Part shown: in pieces, positions 21,015 through 30,486 of the stretch
How positions within the stretch are numbered: the stretch's first letter is position 1
Layout of the letters: each line of letters begins with the position of its first letter
DNA from: an uncultured Planctomycetia bacterium
GTDB taxonomy: Bacteria > Omnitrophota > Gorgyraeia > Tantalellales > Tantalellaceae
Length of the DNA stretch: 64,000 nucleotides
NCBI GenBank assembly: GCA_964527555.1
Contig: CAZGOG010000003.1
Location: 4,320-68,319, forward strand
Direction: 5' to 3'
Notes under the pieces: generated by a model
Databases searched by the model: none
Seen by the model: only the letters and a program-made list of their open reading frames with translations
Told to the model about the DNA's origin: nothing
Position numbers and translations under genes: made by a program

Positions 21015-21524
21015 ATGGCTAATCACGCGCACCGTTTAAAGATACAGGACGATATAAATACGGATTATATAATTTCCGGCAGATACAAGTTCAAGATCGA
21101 GGACGAGAAGGAGCTTGCAAAGCATATCTTTGAAGACGTAGAGGAAGCTTTTTATAAGAAAATAAAGGCGGGTGATTTTCTGGTAGCCGGAGAAAATTTC
21201 GGGTGCGGGTCATCCCGCGAGCAGGCGCCGGTAGCGCTTAAAGCAAGCGGATTGGGTGCGGTTATTGCTAAAAGTTACGCCAGGATATTTTACCGCAACG
21301 CTTTCAACGTGGGGCTGTGCCTCATTGAATGCGAAACCAATTATATCGACGATATGGACGAGCTTGAGCTGGACTTGGAGAAGAACATTATCCGGAACAT
21401 ATCAAAAGGCGTAAACGTAGAGATCAGCCCCATCCCCGGCATCATGAGAAAGTTTCTGGAAAAGGGCGGGGTCATAGAATATTTAAAAGAGTACGGCGGA
21501 TTTGAACAGATCTCCGGAAAATAG
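21015..21524 (+). CDS. leuD: 3-isopropylmalate dehydratase / homoaconitase small subunit
   Basis: DDINTDYII, NFGCGSSREQAP, ARIFYRNAFNVG. Confidence 0.88.
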   Translation: MANHAHRLKIQDDINTDYIISGRYKFKIEDEKELAKHIFEDVEEAFYKKIKAGDFLVAGENFGCGSSREQAPVALKASGLGAVIAKSYARIFYRNAFNVGLCLIECETNYIDDMDELELDLEKNIIRNISKGVNVEISPIPGIMRKFLEKGGVIEYLKEYGGFEQISGK

Positions 21525-21540
21525 CAGGAAGTAACACATA

Positions 21541-22188
21541 GTGGAAGTACTTGACCTTGGACTAGTAGGATATAGCGAAGCCCTTAAGAGGCAGGAAGAT
21601 CTTTTATATAAGAGGATTAATGGGCGGGTAGGAGATACGCTCGTTTTGGCGGAACACCATCCCGTCATAAGCCTCGGCCGTGTAGGGAAGAGAGAGAGCA
21701 TTACCAGCGAAAGTTTTTTTGAGGGGAAAGGCACCCCCGTTATTGTCTCTTCAAGAGGCGGGGAGATAACATATCATGCTCCCGGGCAGCTGGTCCTGTA
21801 CCCGATAATAGACTTAAGCCGGAAGAAAAGGGATATTTCTTTTTATATAGATTTTTTAGAAAAGACTGCGGTAAACAGCTTAAAAAGACTCGCCGTAGAG
21901 GCCGAGCGCACTACGAGACGCGGAGTATGGACGAAGGGCAAAAAGATAGCCTTTATCGGTATAGCGTTAAAACGCTGGGTCACGTTTCACGGGATAGCAG
22001 TCAACATTAATTGCGATATTGAGCCGTTTTCATACATACATCCCTGCGGTGAGAGTGATATCCGCGTCACCTCCGCAAAAGAAGAGCTGGGCCGTGAGAT
22101 CCCGATGGATGAGGTCAAGAGAACTTTTACGGAAGAGTTTGAAAAGGATTTAAGACTTGAGTACGCCGGCATGGCGGCTTTGGTCTAG
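21541..22188 (+). CDS. lipB: Lipoyl(octanoyl) transferase
   Basis: EHHPVISLG, RGGEITYHAPGQLVLYP, KIAFIG, HGIAVN, IHPCG. Confidence 0.93.
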   Translation: MEVLDLGLVGYSEALKRQEDLLYKRINGRVGDTLVLAEHHPVISLGRVGKRESITSESFFEGKGTPVIVSSRGGEITYHAPGQLVLYPIIDLSRKKRDISFYIDFLEKTAVNSLKRLAVEAERTTRRGVWTKGKKIAFIGIALKRWVTFHGIAVNINCDIEPFSYIHPCGESDIRVTSAKEELGREIPMDEVKRTFTEEFEKDLRLEYAGMAALV

Positions 22189-22210
22189 CGTATGAATCAA
22201 GGAGAAAGTC

Positions 22211-22444
22211 ATGGAGCTTAAACTGCCTGATATATCAAAGGATTCCGATGATGCGGTTATAACGCTCTGGCATGCAAAAGAGAACGACCCCCTGGTTAAA
22301 GGAGAGGACCTTCTCGAGATATCTACTGACAAGGCTACATTTGATGTAGCTTGTCCCTGCGACGGTATTTTGGTGAAGATAAAAAAGCGGGAAGGCGAGC
22401 TGGTCAAAAAAGACGAAGTGATAGCAGAGATAAAACCTGAGTGA
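22211..22444 (+). CDS. Stand-alone lipoyl-domain (carrier) protein
   Basis: 77 aa; LLEISTDKATFDVACPCDG contains the lipoyl-lysine DKA motif. Confidence 0.88.
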   Translation: MELKLPDISKDSDDAVITLWHAKENDPLVKGEDLLEISTDKATFDVACPCDGILVKIKKREGELVKKDEVIAEIKPE

Positions 22445-22493
22445 AAGGTTTTTAAGAAATTTAAAGAAAAAAGAAGTAAGAGGAGAAATACAG

Positions 22494-23678
22494 ATGGAAG
22501 AAGCCAACAGAATGAAGAGACTGCCGCTATACCTTTTTACTATTATCGACGAGTTGAAAAGGGAAGCCAGAGAAAGAAAGCTCGATCTTATTGACCTTGG
22601 GATGGGTAACCCCGATCAGCCAACCCCTAAACATATAGTTGATGAGCTGTGCCGGAGAGCAAGGGACCCGGAGAACCACAGGTATTCCCGCTCTATAGAT
22701 GATGTTGAATGCAGGCTCAGGATAGCTATCTCCAAGTGGTACAAGAAAAAATTCGACGTTGATCTTGAACCGGAATCAGAGGTGCTGCCCCTTATAGGCT
22801 CTAAGGAGGGGATCGCTCATATTTCGCTTGCTTTTCTGAACAGTGACGATATCGCGCTTGTGCCTAATCCCGCTTACCCGGTGCATTTTAACGGGGTGTT
22901 GATAGCAGGCGGCATATTGCATAATCTTCCCATAAGTGAGGAGACGGGTTTTTTGCCTGATTTTGATTCTATACCGGAAGAGATACTCAGAAAGTCAAAG
23001 ATGATCTTTCTTAGTTATCCGCATAACCCGACCGCTGCGGTGGCTACGAAAGGATTTTTCAGAAAGGCCGTCTCGTTTGCCAGGAAACACCAGATCATAC
23101 TCGTGCATGACCTGGCTTATTCCGACATAGCTTTTGATGGGTATGTCGCACCGAGCATGCTGGAGATCCCCGGTTCAAGAGATGTGACTGTTGAGTTCCA
23201 CTCATTGAGCAAGTCCTACAATATGGCGGGCTGGCGTCTGGGTTTTGCGGTGGGAAACTCCAGGATTTTAAAGTCTCTGGCGAAGACCAAAGGGTATATT
23301 GACTTTGGCATATTTAAGCCCATACAGTATGCGGCTATAAAAGCTTTGACCGGTTCGCAGAGCTGCGTCCACAACCAGGTTAAGATTTACAAGAAGCGGC
23401 GCGATACCATGGTCAAGGCTCTCGCGGAAATAGGCTGGAAGGTTCCCTCGCCCAGAGCTACGTTTTATCTCTGGGCAAGGATACCGGACAAGTATAGTGC
23501 GCTTACCTCCATGGAATTCGTCTCTCTTCTTATAAGAGAAGCCGGTGTGGTGCTGGCTCCCGGTACCGGGTTCGGGGAATACGGGGAAGGTTTTGTCCGG
23601 TTTGCCCTGGTTGAAGAAGAGGCCAGATTGAAGGAAGCTGCCGGGAGGATCAAGAAAGTTCTTGAAATGGAAGTATGA
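22494..23678 (+). CDS. PLP-dependent class I/II aminotransferase (LL-diaminopimelate aminotransferase / AlaC-like)
   Basis: DLGMGNPD, GSKEG, SYPHNPT, HDLAY, SLSKSYNMAGWRLG. Confidence 0.85.
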   Translation: MEEANRMKRLPLYLFTIIDELKREARERKLDLIDLGMGNPDQPTPKHIVDELCRRARDPENHRYSRSIDDVECRLRIAISKWYKKKFDVDLEPESEVLPLIGSKEGIAHISLAFLNSDDIALVPNPAYPVHFNGVLIAGGILHNLPISEETGFLPDFDSIPEEILRKSKMIFLSYPHNPTAAVATKGFFRKAVSFARKHQIILVHDLAYSDIAFDGYVAPSMLEIPGSRDVTVEFHSLSKSYNMAGWRLGFAVGNSRILKSLAKTKGYIDFGIFKPIQYAAIKALTGSQSCVHNQVKIYKKRRDTMVKALAEIGWKVPSPRATFYLWARIPDKYSALTSMEFVSLLIREAGVVLAPGTGFGEYGEGFVRFALVEEEARLKEAAGRIKKVLEMEV

Positions 23679-24793
23679 GCAAAAAGGTATTAATCTTTTA
23701 TATATCCAGATATTCCGGGCACTATCATGCCGCAAGTGCTATAGAAAGGGGGCTTCTAACCCTTACCCGGGATGTCGAGGTGCATAAGATCAATGCCCTT
23801 ACTTATACCAACCCCATATTAGGGGCGATCATTAACAAGGCATACCTGGAAGTCATAAAGAAAAGGCCGGAGATCTGGGGGCATATCTATGATAACCCGG
23901 ACGTGATCAAAAAGACCAAAAGGGCCAGAGAGACCCTCCATAGGTTCAACATGTCAAAAATCAAAAGGCTCATTGAGTCGTATTCTCCCGACATTGTCTT
24001 TTGCACACAGGCTTTTCCTTGCGGGATGATAGCTGATTACAAGAGGACAAGCGGCAAAGATGTTTTGCTTATAGGTGTTTTGACCGATCATGCGCCGCAC
24101 TCGTACTGGCTGTTTGAGGAGGTGAACTATTACATCGCGCCTTCTGAGGAAACTGCCAGAGCTCTTGGCCAGAAAGGTGTTCTTCCGGAGAGAATAAAGA
24201 CATACGGGATACCTGTGGACCCGAAATTCTGCCATAAGCGTGAGATTCCCGGGATAAAAAATAATTTGGGTCTTTCGGATGAAGGCCCCGTCATACTTAT
24301 CATGGGCGGCAGTCAAGGTCTGGGAGCGGTGGAGGAAGTCGCCGGGTCACTTATGGAGGACAGGCAGCATAAGTATCAGCTGGTGGTCGTAAGTGGCTCC
24401 AACAAGAAACTTTACACGCGTCTTCAAAGATTAAAGCGGGATAAGCCGGAGGGGAATATCTCTGTTCTATCATATGTCGAGAATATCGATGAACTGATGG
24501 AAGCATCGGATGTCATTATCACCAAGGCCGGGGGCATGACTATAGCCGAGGCGCTGGTTAAAAGGCTTCCTATGCTTATAGTCAACCCCATACCGGGACA
24601 CGAGCAGATGAATACGGATTATCTGGTGGGAAAGGGTGCCGCTATTCAGATAGAGGATTACGGTGAGATACACCAGAAACTAAATAAACTTTTTGATTCA
24701 AAGGGACTTTTGAACGACATGAAGAAAAGCTGCAGTGAACTGGCTAAACCGAACAGCGCTTTGGATATCGCGAAACTGGCATTTGAGGACTAG
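23675..24793 (+). CDS. GT28 glycosyltransferase, MGDG-synthase / UgtP-like
   Basis: SGHYHAA, VLTD, GIPV, MGGSQG, ITKAGGMTIAEA, PIPGHEQMN. Confidence 0.87.
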   Translation: MSKKVLIFYISRYSGHYHAASAIERGLLTLTRDVEVHKINALTYTNPILGAIINKAYLEVIKKRPEIWGHIYDNPDVIKKTKRARETLHRFNMSKIKRLIESYSPDIVFCTQAFPCGMIADYKRTSGKDVLLIGVLTDHAPHSYWLFEEVNYYIAPSEETARALGQKGVLPERIKTYGIPVDPKFCHKREIPGIKNNLGLSDEGPVILIMGGSQGLGAVEEVAGSLMEDRQHKYQLVVVSGSNKKLYTRLQRLKRDKPEGNISVLSYVENIDELMEASDVIITKAGGMTIAEALVKRLPMLIVNPIPGHEQMNTDYLVGKGAAIQIEDYGEIHQKLNKLFDSKGLLNDMKKSCSELAKPNSALDIAKLAFED

Positions 24794-24795
24794 AA

Positions 24796-25656
24796 ATGTT
24801 GTACACGCTTTATGTCTTAGGATTTTCTTTAGCTAAGGTGGTGCCTTTAAGAATATGCTATGCCGTTGCCGAAGCAATAGCATGGGGGTATTTTATATGC
24901 GCCAGGAGAGACAGGCGGGAGCTGAGAGCGAATCTTAAGATCATACTTGGTGAGGATGCAGATGAAAAGCTTATCAAAAGACATATTTTCATGATATTCA
25001 GACATTTCGCCAAGTACCTTGTAGATTTTTTTAGGACGGATAAATTCACGGAAAAATATATATCAAAATATATCAGAATAAAAGGGCTGGAAAACCTGGA
25101 TGAGGGTCTCTCCGGCGGCAGGGGTGCCATCATCTCGTCGATACACATAGGAAACTGGGAACTGGGGGCGGCGATAGTGGGGGCCCTGAAGTATCCCATA
25201 AGCGCCATAGTCTTGGAGCATAAGGATAAACGGATAAATGATTTTTTTATACGCCAAAGAGCCCTTAATAATGTAAAATCCATTCCGATAAGCGCTCCGA
25301 TAAAAGAATGTTTCAAGGCGTTTAAACGTAACGAGATCGTTGCTATCGTCGGCGATAAGGACTATACATCAAACGGAATACACATAGATTTTTTCGGTAG
25401 GAAAGCGTTACTCCCCAAAGGAACAGCCGTATTCTCCTTAAAGACCGGCGCCCCGATCGTTTTTTGCGCTATGACGCGCAATGAAGACGATACCTTTACG
25501 CTAAGTTTTGAGCGCCCCATCCAGTATAATCCCACCGGGGACCACAGGAAAGACATACAGGCGTTAATGAAAGAGTATATTAAATTTTTTGAAGAGTATA
25601 TCAGAAAGAACGTAGACCAGTGGTATGCGTTCAGGAAAATATGGGATCAAGAATAG
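24796..25656 (+). CDS. Acyltransferase of the lipid A late-acyltransferase / PatA family
   Basis: HIGNWE catalytic motif, FFGRKALLPKG, QWYAF. Confidence 0.85.
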   Translation: MLYTLYVLGFSLAKVVPLRICYAVAEAIAWGYFICARRDRRELRANLKIILGEDADEKLIKRHIFMIFRHFAKYLVDFFRTDKFTEKYISKYIRIKGLENLDEGLSGGRGAIISSIHIGNWELGAAIVGALKYPISAIVLEHKDKRINDFFIRQRALNNVKSIPISAPIKECFKAFKRNEIVAIVGDKDYTSNGIHIDFFGRKALLPKGTAVFSLKTGAPIVFCAMTRNEDDTFTLSFERPIQYNPTGDHRKDIQALMKEYIKFFEEYIRKNVDQWYAFRKIWDQE

Positions 25657-26357
25657 ATAATACCATAGTTGTTATTCCTTCTTATAACGAGGCCAGGACG
25701 ATCGGCGGCATCGTACGGGATATCGTGAAGATGGGCATGAGCGTTCTTGTCGTTGATGACGGTTCGGTCGACAGCACCGAACGGGCCGCTCTTGATAATG
25801 GTGCGATGGTGCTGCGCAATCGGCATAACCTCGGTAAGGGGCTTTCTATCAGGGAGGGGATAAAGTATGTCCTGGCGAAGACTAATTTCGAATGGATGAT
25901 AACGATGGACGCCGACGGACAGCACCATACGGAGGATATACCCGTTTTAATGAAGGCCGCAGAAGAAGATGATGTGGATATTGTGATAGGCAACCGCATG
26001 CTCGAGACGAAAACCATGCCTTCTTTGCGTTACTGGACCAACAGATTCACCTCGTGGGTGGTATCGCAAATATGCAGACAGGACATACCGGATACACAAT
26101 GCGGTTACAGGCTTTTCAGGGTAAGCACTTTGAAAAATATGGAACTTATCTCGGAGAAGTTCGATATCGAATCGGAGATGCTTATCGAAGCGGCGGAGAA
26201 AAGATTTAAGATGAAAGCCGTGCCGATACAGACCATATACGGCAGAGAAGTTTCCGCGATCAAGCCTATACGGGATACTATTAAATTTTTCACCCTTGTC
26301 TTAAGGTATCATTTTAAAGTAAATGGAATACGCCGAACAAAGAATCCGCATGGTTGA
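25641..26357 (+). CDS. Family 2 glycosyltransferase (DPM-synthase-like)
   Basis: VVIPSYNE, VVDDGS, NLGKG, MDADGQH, DTQCGYR. Confidence 0.9.
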   Translation: MGSRIDNTIVVIPSYNEARTIGGIVRDIVKMGMSVLVVDDGSVDSTERAALDNGAMVLRNRHNLGKGLSIREGIKYVLAKTNFEWMITMDADGQHHTEDIPVLMKAAEEDDVDIVIGNRMLETKTMPSLRYWTNRFTSWVVSQICRQDIPDTQCGYRLFRVSTLKNMELISEKFDIESEMLIEAAEKRFKMKAVPIQTIYGREVSAIKPIRDTIKFFTLVLRYHFKVNGIRRTKNPHG

Positions 26358-26976
26358 GGACCAGCTTGCCCGCCGGGGCATACGCGCCCCTGGGGTCCTG
26401 GAGGCGTTTAGAAAAGTGCCGAGGCACCATTTTGTGCCGGCCGCTTTCAGGGACGCTTCGTACGCGGATCATCCCCTGCCTATAGGGCACGGTCAGACTA
26501 TCTCCCAGCCGTATATCGTTGCGCTTATGACCGAAAGTCTTCGCCTTAAAGGGGGCGAAAAGGTCCTAGAGGTCGGCACCGGAAGCGGATACCAGGCCGC
26601 TATTCTTGCGGAGATCTGCCGCGAGGTTTGTACCATAGAGAGGGAAGAGGCTCTTCTGCGGCAGGCGGAAAGACTTCTTTCAAGCGAAGGATACAAGAAC
26701 ATAAAGTTTGTTTCGGGTGACGGGACCAAAGGGTTTAGGGATGAAGCCCCTTATGATGGTATACTGGTGACCGCAGCCGCTCCCTTTGTGCCGGAGGCGC
26801 TTAAAGCGCAGCTTGCCGATGGCGGACGCATAGTGATTCCCGTCGGTTCGATATACTCCCAGGTTTTGGTGGCAGTCGAGAAAAAAGGGAAAGACTTCAC
26901 CCAGGAAGATATCTGCGGGTGCGTCTTTGTGCCACTGATCGGTGAAGACGGCTGGAAAGAAAGACCCGAGTGGTAG
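26323..26976 (+). CDS. pcm: Protein-L-isoaspartate O-methyltransferase
   Basis: GQTISQPY, VLEVGTGSGYQAA, APYDGILVTAAA. Confidence 0.96.
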   Translation: MEYAEQRIRMVEDQLARRGIRAPGVLEAFRKVPRHHFVPAAFRDASYADHPLPIGHGQTISQPYIVALMTESLRLKGGEKVLEVGTGSGYQAAILAEICREVCTIEREEALLRQAERLLSSEGYKNIKFVSGDGTKGFRDEAPYDGILVTAAAPFVPEALKAQLADGGRIVIPVGSIYSQVLVAVEKKGKDFTQEDICGCVFVPLIGEDGWKERPEW

Positions 26977-26992
26977 ATGGAGGAGACCAAAA

Positions 26993-27490
26993 GTGCTTGA
27001 AGCTCTTACAGATTCGCTTGTCAAGTTCAACAAAGAAGTCGCGGTAGTGGTCCTTGCGGCTCTGCCGGTTTCGGAGCTGAGGGGTTCTATCCCTCTGGGC
27101 CTTGCGATGAATTTTACCCCCCTGAAGACGTATTTATTGTCCTTTGTCGGGAACATGCTGCCGGTCGTGCCGCTGCTTTTTTTCCTTCAGCCCATATCCG
27201 AGAAACTCAGGCACATCCCGGTATTTGAAAGGTTTTTCAACTGGCTTTTTGAAAGAACAAGAAAAAAAGCAAGCCTCATAGAAAAATTCGAAGCTTTTGG
27301 TCTTATTTTGTTTGTGGCCATACCTTTGCCGGTTACAGGGGCATGGACCGGTTGTGTGGCAGCCACGCTTTTCAAAATAAGGTTCAGATACGCTTTTTTA
27401 GCCATCATGCTGGGTGTTATAATCGCCGGAGTGGTGGTTATGGCGCTGAGCCTTGCGGGCAAGGAGTTGTTCACGCTGGCCCGTTCGTAG
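26993..27490 (+). CDS. Putative small multidrug export family membrane protein
   Basis: ELRGSIP and FVAIPLPVTGAWTG motifs; GTG start after GGAGG. Confidence 0.85.
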   Translation: MLEALTDSLVKFNKEVAVVVLAALPVSELRGSIPLGLAMNFTPLKTYLLSFVGNMLPVVPLLFFLQPISEKLRHIPVFERFFNWLFERTRKKASLIEKFEAFGLILFVAIPLPVTGAWTGCVAATLFKIRFRYAFLAIMLGVIIAGVVVMALSLAGKELFTLARS

Positions 27491-27516
27491 AAGGCACCTT
27501 GCATTTTATATGAAAT

Positions 27517-27545
27517 TTGACTTTTATTCTTTTGTGTAATATCAT
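27517..27545 (+). promoter_or_regulatory. Sigma70-type promoter
   Basis: TTGACT-N17-TATCAT upstream of 27565. Confidence 0.55.
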
Positions 27546-27564
27546 TTGTTAAGAAGGAGAAGAC

Positions 27565-28068
27565 ATGATTGCATACATTCTTATTGTTATCGGTTTTATG
27601 ATGCGACTCATCCCGCATGCGCCCAATATTGCACCGGTAGCGGCAATAGCTCTTTTCGCGGGAGCTTATCTGGACAGGCGGATAGTGCCGTGGGTGCCTC
27701 TTGCGATCATGATCGCGAGCGACATCATTATCGGTCTGCACGATGTGGTGTTTTATACTTGGGGTGCGTTTATTCTAATCGGGCTGCTCGGCATGCGCCT
27801 TAAAGAGAAGAGGACCCCTCTCAGAATATTCGGTATGACGGTGTCTTCGGCTTTGATATTTTTCGCCATATCGAATTTCGGTGTTGCTCTGGCGTGGTAT
27901 CCGCATACAGCCCAGGGATTTATCCGCTGTTATGTCAATGCGCTGCCGTTTTTACGCAACACCATGATAAGCAACGTGACTTTTGCATTTGTTCTTTTTG
28001 GTTGTTACGAACTTGCCAGGAGACTAGCGGAAGGGACCAGGTACAGCAAGGTCCTTCTGGCCGGGTAA
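27565..28068 (+). CDS. DUF6580-like integral membrane protein (putative vitamin transporter, ECF S-component-like)
   Basis: RLIPHAPNIAPVAAIALFAG, FFAISNFGV, CYVNALPF; about 5-6 TM segments. Confidence 0.75.
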   Translation: MIAYILIVIGFMMRLIPHAPNIAPVAAIALFAGAYLDRRIVPWVPLAIMIASDIIIGLHDVVFYTWGAFILIGLLGMRLKEKRTPLRIFGMTVSSALIFFAISNFGVALAWYPHTAQGFIRCYVNALPFLRNTMISNVTFAFVLFGCYELARRLAEGTRYSKVLLAG

Positions 28069-28083
28069 GTTTACGATACGATT

Positions 28084-28268
28084 ATACAGGTGATCGCAGG
28101 ATTTTAAAAGGGAAGTTCCGTGAAAACCGGACGCGGTCCCGCCGCTGTGATTTCGCCTTTCTTTAGAGGAAGAAAGCTCTTTTAGCGGGGAAGGCCACTG
28201 TTCTACCTTGTGGAATGGGAAGGCAGCTAGAAAAGAGCATGCGAGAAAGCCAGAAGACCTGCCTGTAT
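28084..28268 (+). ncRNA. Cobalamin riboswitch
   Basis: AAAAGGGAAG, GTGAAAACCGG, CCCGCCGCTGT, GCCACTG, TGGGAAGG and B12-box AGCCAGAAGACCTGCC; ends ATACAGG/CCTGTAT pair; lies before a TonB-dependent receptor. Confidence 0.93.
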
Positions 28269-28340
28269 GCTAAAGATGCCCGCTTGAGCTCGAGGAAGCT
28301 CGGGAAGGTAACTTTTCTTATCAGGGTACAAAAAACGGTG

Positions 28341-28383
28341 AACCCTTGATGTCCGAATTAGGATATCAGGGGTTTTTTATTTT
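28341..28383 (+). terminator. Riboswitch-associated intrinsic terminator
   Basis: AACCCTTGATGTCC-gaatta-GGATATCAGGGGTT hairpin followed by TTTTATTTT. Confidence 0.85.
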
Positions 28384-28395
28384 CAGGAGAGAGTA

Positions 28396-30414
28396 GTGCC
28401 GAAAAAGATAAAATTATCATTGATTTCAACGATCCTGGTTCTTATGAGCTCACAGGTGTTTTCTCTGGAAGAGGAAGTGGTCAGACTTGAGCCCATCGTA
28501 ATCACGCCGACCAGGGGCAGCGATGAAATATCGGACGTGACTAAGAGTGTGACAGTTATTTCCCGGGAGGATCTCAAGCGTACGAAAGCGGACTATCTGC
28601 CTGAACTTATCCGCTCTAGAAGCGGTATTACGGTTACAGATTATCTGGGTAACCCCAAAGGTACGCTGGTTGATATAAGGGGTTTCGGGGAGACGAGCAC
28701 TTCCAACGTCCTTGTTCTTGTTGACGGCAGAAGGACCAATCAGGTGGATCTATCCGGGACGGATTGGTCTCAGATAGACCTGGACTCAGTCGAGAGGATA
28801 GAGATAGTACGCGGGCCGGCAACCGTTCTTTACGGGGATAATGCTGCAGCCGGTGTCATCAATATAATCACAAAGAGAGGCGAGCTGGAGGAGCCGACCA
28901 TATCTCTGGGCGGTACGCTTGGAAGCTATGACTATAAGAAAGGATATGTCAGCGCGTCGGGTAGCACAAGCTTTATGGATTATTTCCTGAGTTATTCCCA
29001 TCATGAAACGGACGGCTACAGGGCCAATAACGCTTACTGGGCAAATGATTATTTTAGCGGCTTTACCATGCATCCGACGGCGACTTTCACCATAGACCTT
29101 TCTTGCGGGTATCACCGTGACAGGTACGGAATGCCCGGAGCGTTATATCCGGCCGAGATCGCCGTCGTAGGCAGGAGGGGAACGACGCATCCGGATGACA
29201 AAGCTTCGACGGCGGATTTTTTCTTTAAGATAAACCCGCAGATAGAGTTCGCCTTAGCCGGGAGCGACGTGACGCTATCGTTTTTCAATTCATACAGGGT
29301 CCGCCGCAGTAACGGTCTTAATGTATCTATGTGGGGAGAATTTGAGACCGTGCATTACATAAGGACGTACGAGCTTAAACCCAAGATCGAAGTCACGACA
29401 GAGTTAGATGACATCGACAACACTTTGATCATGGGGCTGGACTTTTTTAACGCGCGTGATGCCGTCCTGAGCGGTAACCGCATAGGGAATATGCAGGATA
29501 AGACCGATATCATAAAGAACGCTTTGGGGGTCTATGCCCATGACAGTATCAAGCTATGGGACAGGGTTTTGTTTAACGGCGGGGTAAGGGGGGAATGGGC
29601 AGACTATGATTTTAACCAGGAGAAGCTTCTCGCCAATCATGACTCCAAAAAAATCAGGATAGTTGCCTATAATACCGGGTGCGGGTACAAGTATAATGAG
29701 ATGTCCGAAGTATATTTTGACTTTTCCAGTTCCTTCCGTCTGCCTAATACGGAAGAATACTATCAGAATAAAGGCGTTTTTTGGGGCGTTCCCTACGGGG
29801 GGCTTAACACCGATCTTAAGTACCAGCAGTCCACCGGTTATGAGTTAGGGGCCAGGGACAATACCTTTGATTGGCTGAGTTTCGCTTCCAGCGTATTCCT
29901 TATGGATGTAAAGAATGAGATATATTTTGACCCGTCGACGTTTAAAAACTCCAACTATCTTCCTGAGGTGCGCCACTATGGTCTTGAGCTTGAAGGCAGA
30001 TTCGATTTCTTTGAGGGTAAGCTGAAACCCTTTGCGGCATGGACGCTTCAGAAGTCTTACTTCAGAGGCGGCACTTATGACGGCAATTGCGTTCCTTTTG
30101 TGCCCGGGAACACGGTTTCGGCAGGGGTGACGGTTACGCCGCTTGAGAACTTTAATGCCACGCTTCTAGCCAGTTACGTCGGCAGGAGATACCTTATAAG
30201 CGACGGGAAGAACATCGCCCCGGAACTGAAGGATTATACCGTTTTTGATATAGTAGTAGATTACACTTATAAAGGGATAAGCGTGTTCGCTGCGGTGAAG
30301 AACCTGTTTGCCAAGGAATATTACGCTTACGGCGTAAGCAACGCTTTCGGGGTCGAGACTTTTTATCCCGCCAGTGAGAGAAGGTTCGAGTTCGGGTTTT
30401 CATGCCGATTTTAA
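28396..30414 (+). CDS. btuB: TonB-dependent outer-membrane receptor, probably for cobalamin
   Basis: Signal peptide, TonB-box-like EPIVITPTR, plug motifs LVLVDG and ERIEIVRGP..LYG...GVINIITK, C-terminal Phe; downstream of a B12 riboswitch. Confidence 0.88.
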   Translation: MPKKIKLSLISTILVLMSSQVFSLEEEVVRLEPIVITPTRGSDEISDVTKSVTVISREDLKRTKADYLPELIRSRSGITVTDYLGNPKGTLVDIRGFGETSTSNVLVLVDGRRTNQVDLSGTDWSQIDLDSVERIEIVRGPATVLYGDNAAAGVINIITKRGELEEPTISLGGTLGSYDYKKGYVSASGSTSFMDYFLSYSHHETDGYRANNAYWANDYFSGFTMHPTATFTIDLSCGYHRDRYGMPGALYPAEIAVVGRRGTTHPDDKASTADFFFKINPQIEFALAGSDVTLSFFNSYRVRRSNGLNVSMWGEFETVHYIRTYELKPKIEVTTELDDIDNTLIMGLDFFNARDAVLSGNRIGNMQDKTDIIKNALGVYAHDSIKLWDRVLFNGGVRGEWADYDFNQEKLLANHDSKKIRIVAYNTGCGYKYNEMSEVYFDFSSSFRLPNTEEYYQNKGVFWGVPYGGLNTDLKYQQSTGYELGARDNTFDWLSFASSVFLMDVKNEIYFDPSTFKNSNYLPEVRHYGLELEGRFDFFEGKLKPFAAWTLQKSYFRGGTYDGNCVPFVPGNTVSAGVTVTPLENFNATLLASYVGRRYLISDGKNIAPELKDYTVFDIVVDYTYKGISVFAAVKNLFAKEYYAYGVSNAFGVETFYPASERRFEFGFSCRF

Positions 30415-30486
30415 GGTGCGCATTTTTCGTGTCTTTGTGCTATAATATTTCAAAGTTTAAAATATCATAATATATAAATATCTCAT

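Noticed and set aside
27546-28166. Alternative-frame + strand ORFs 27546-27803 and 27894-28166
   Set aside because: They overlap the DUF6580-like gene and the riboswitch, with no protein motifs or convincing RBS
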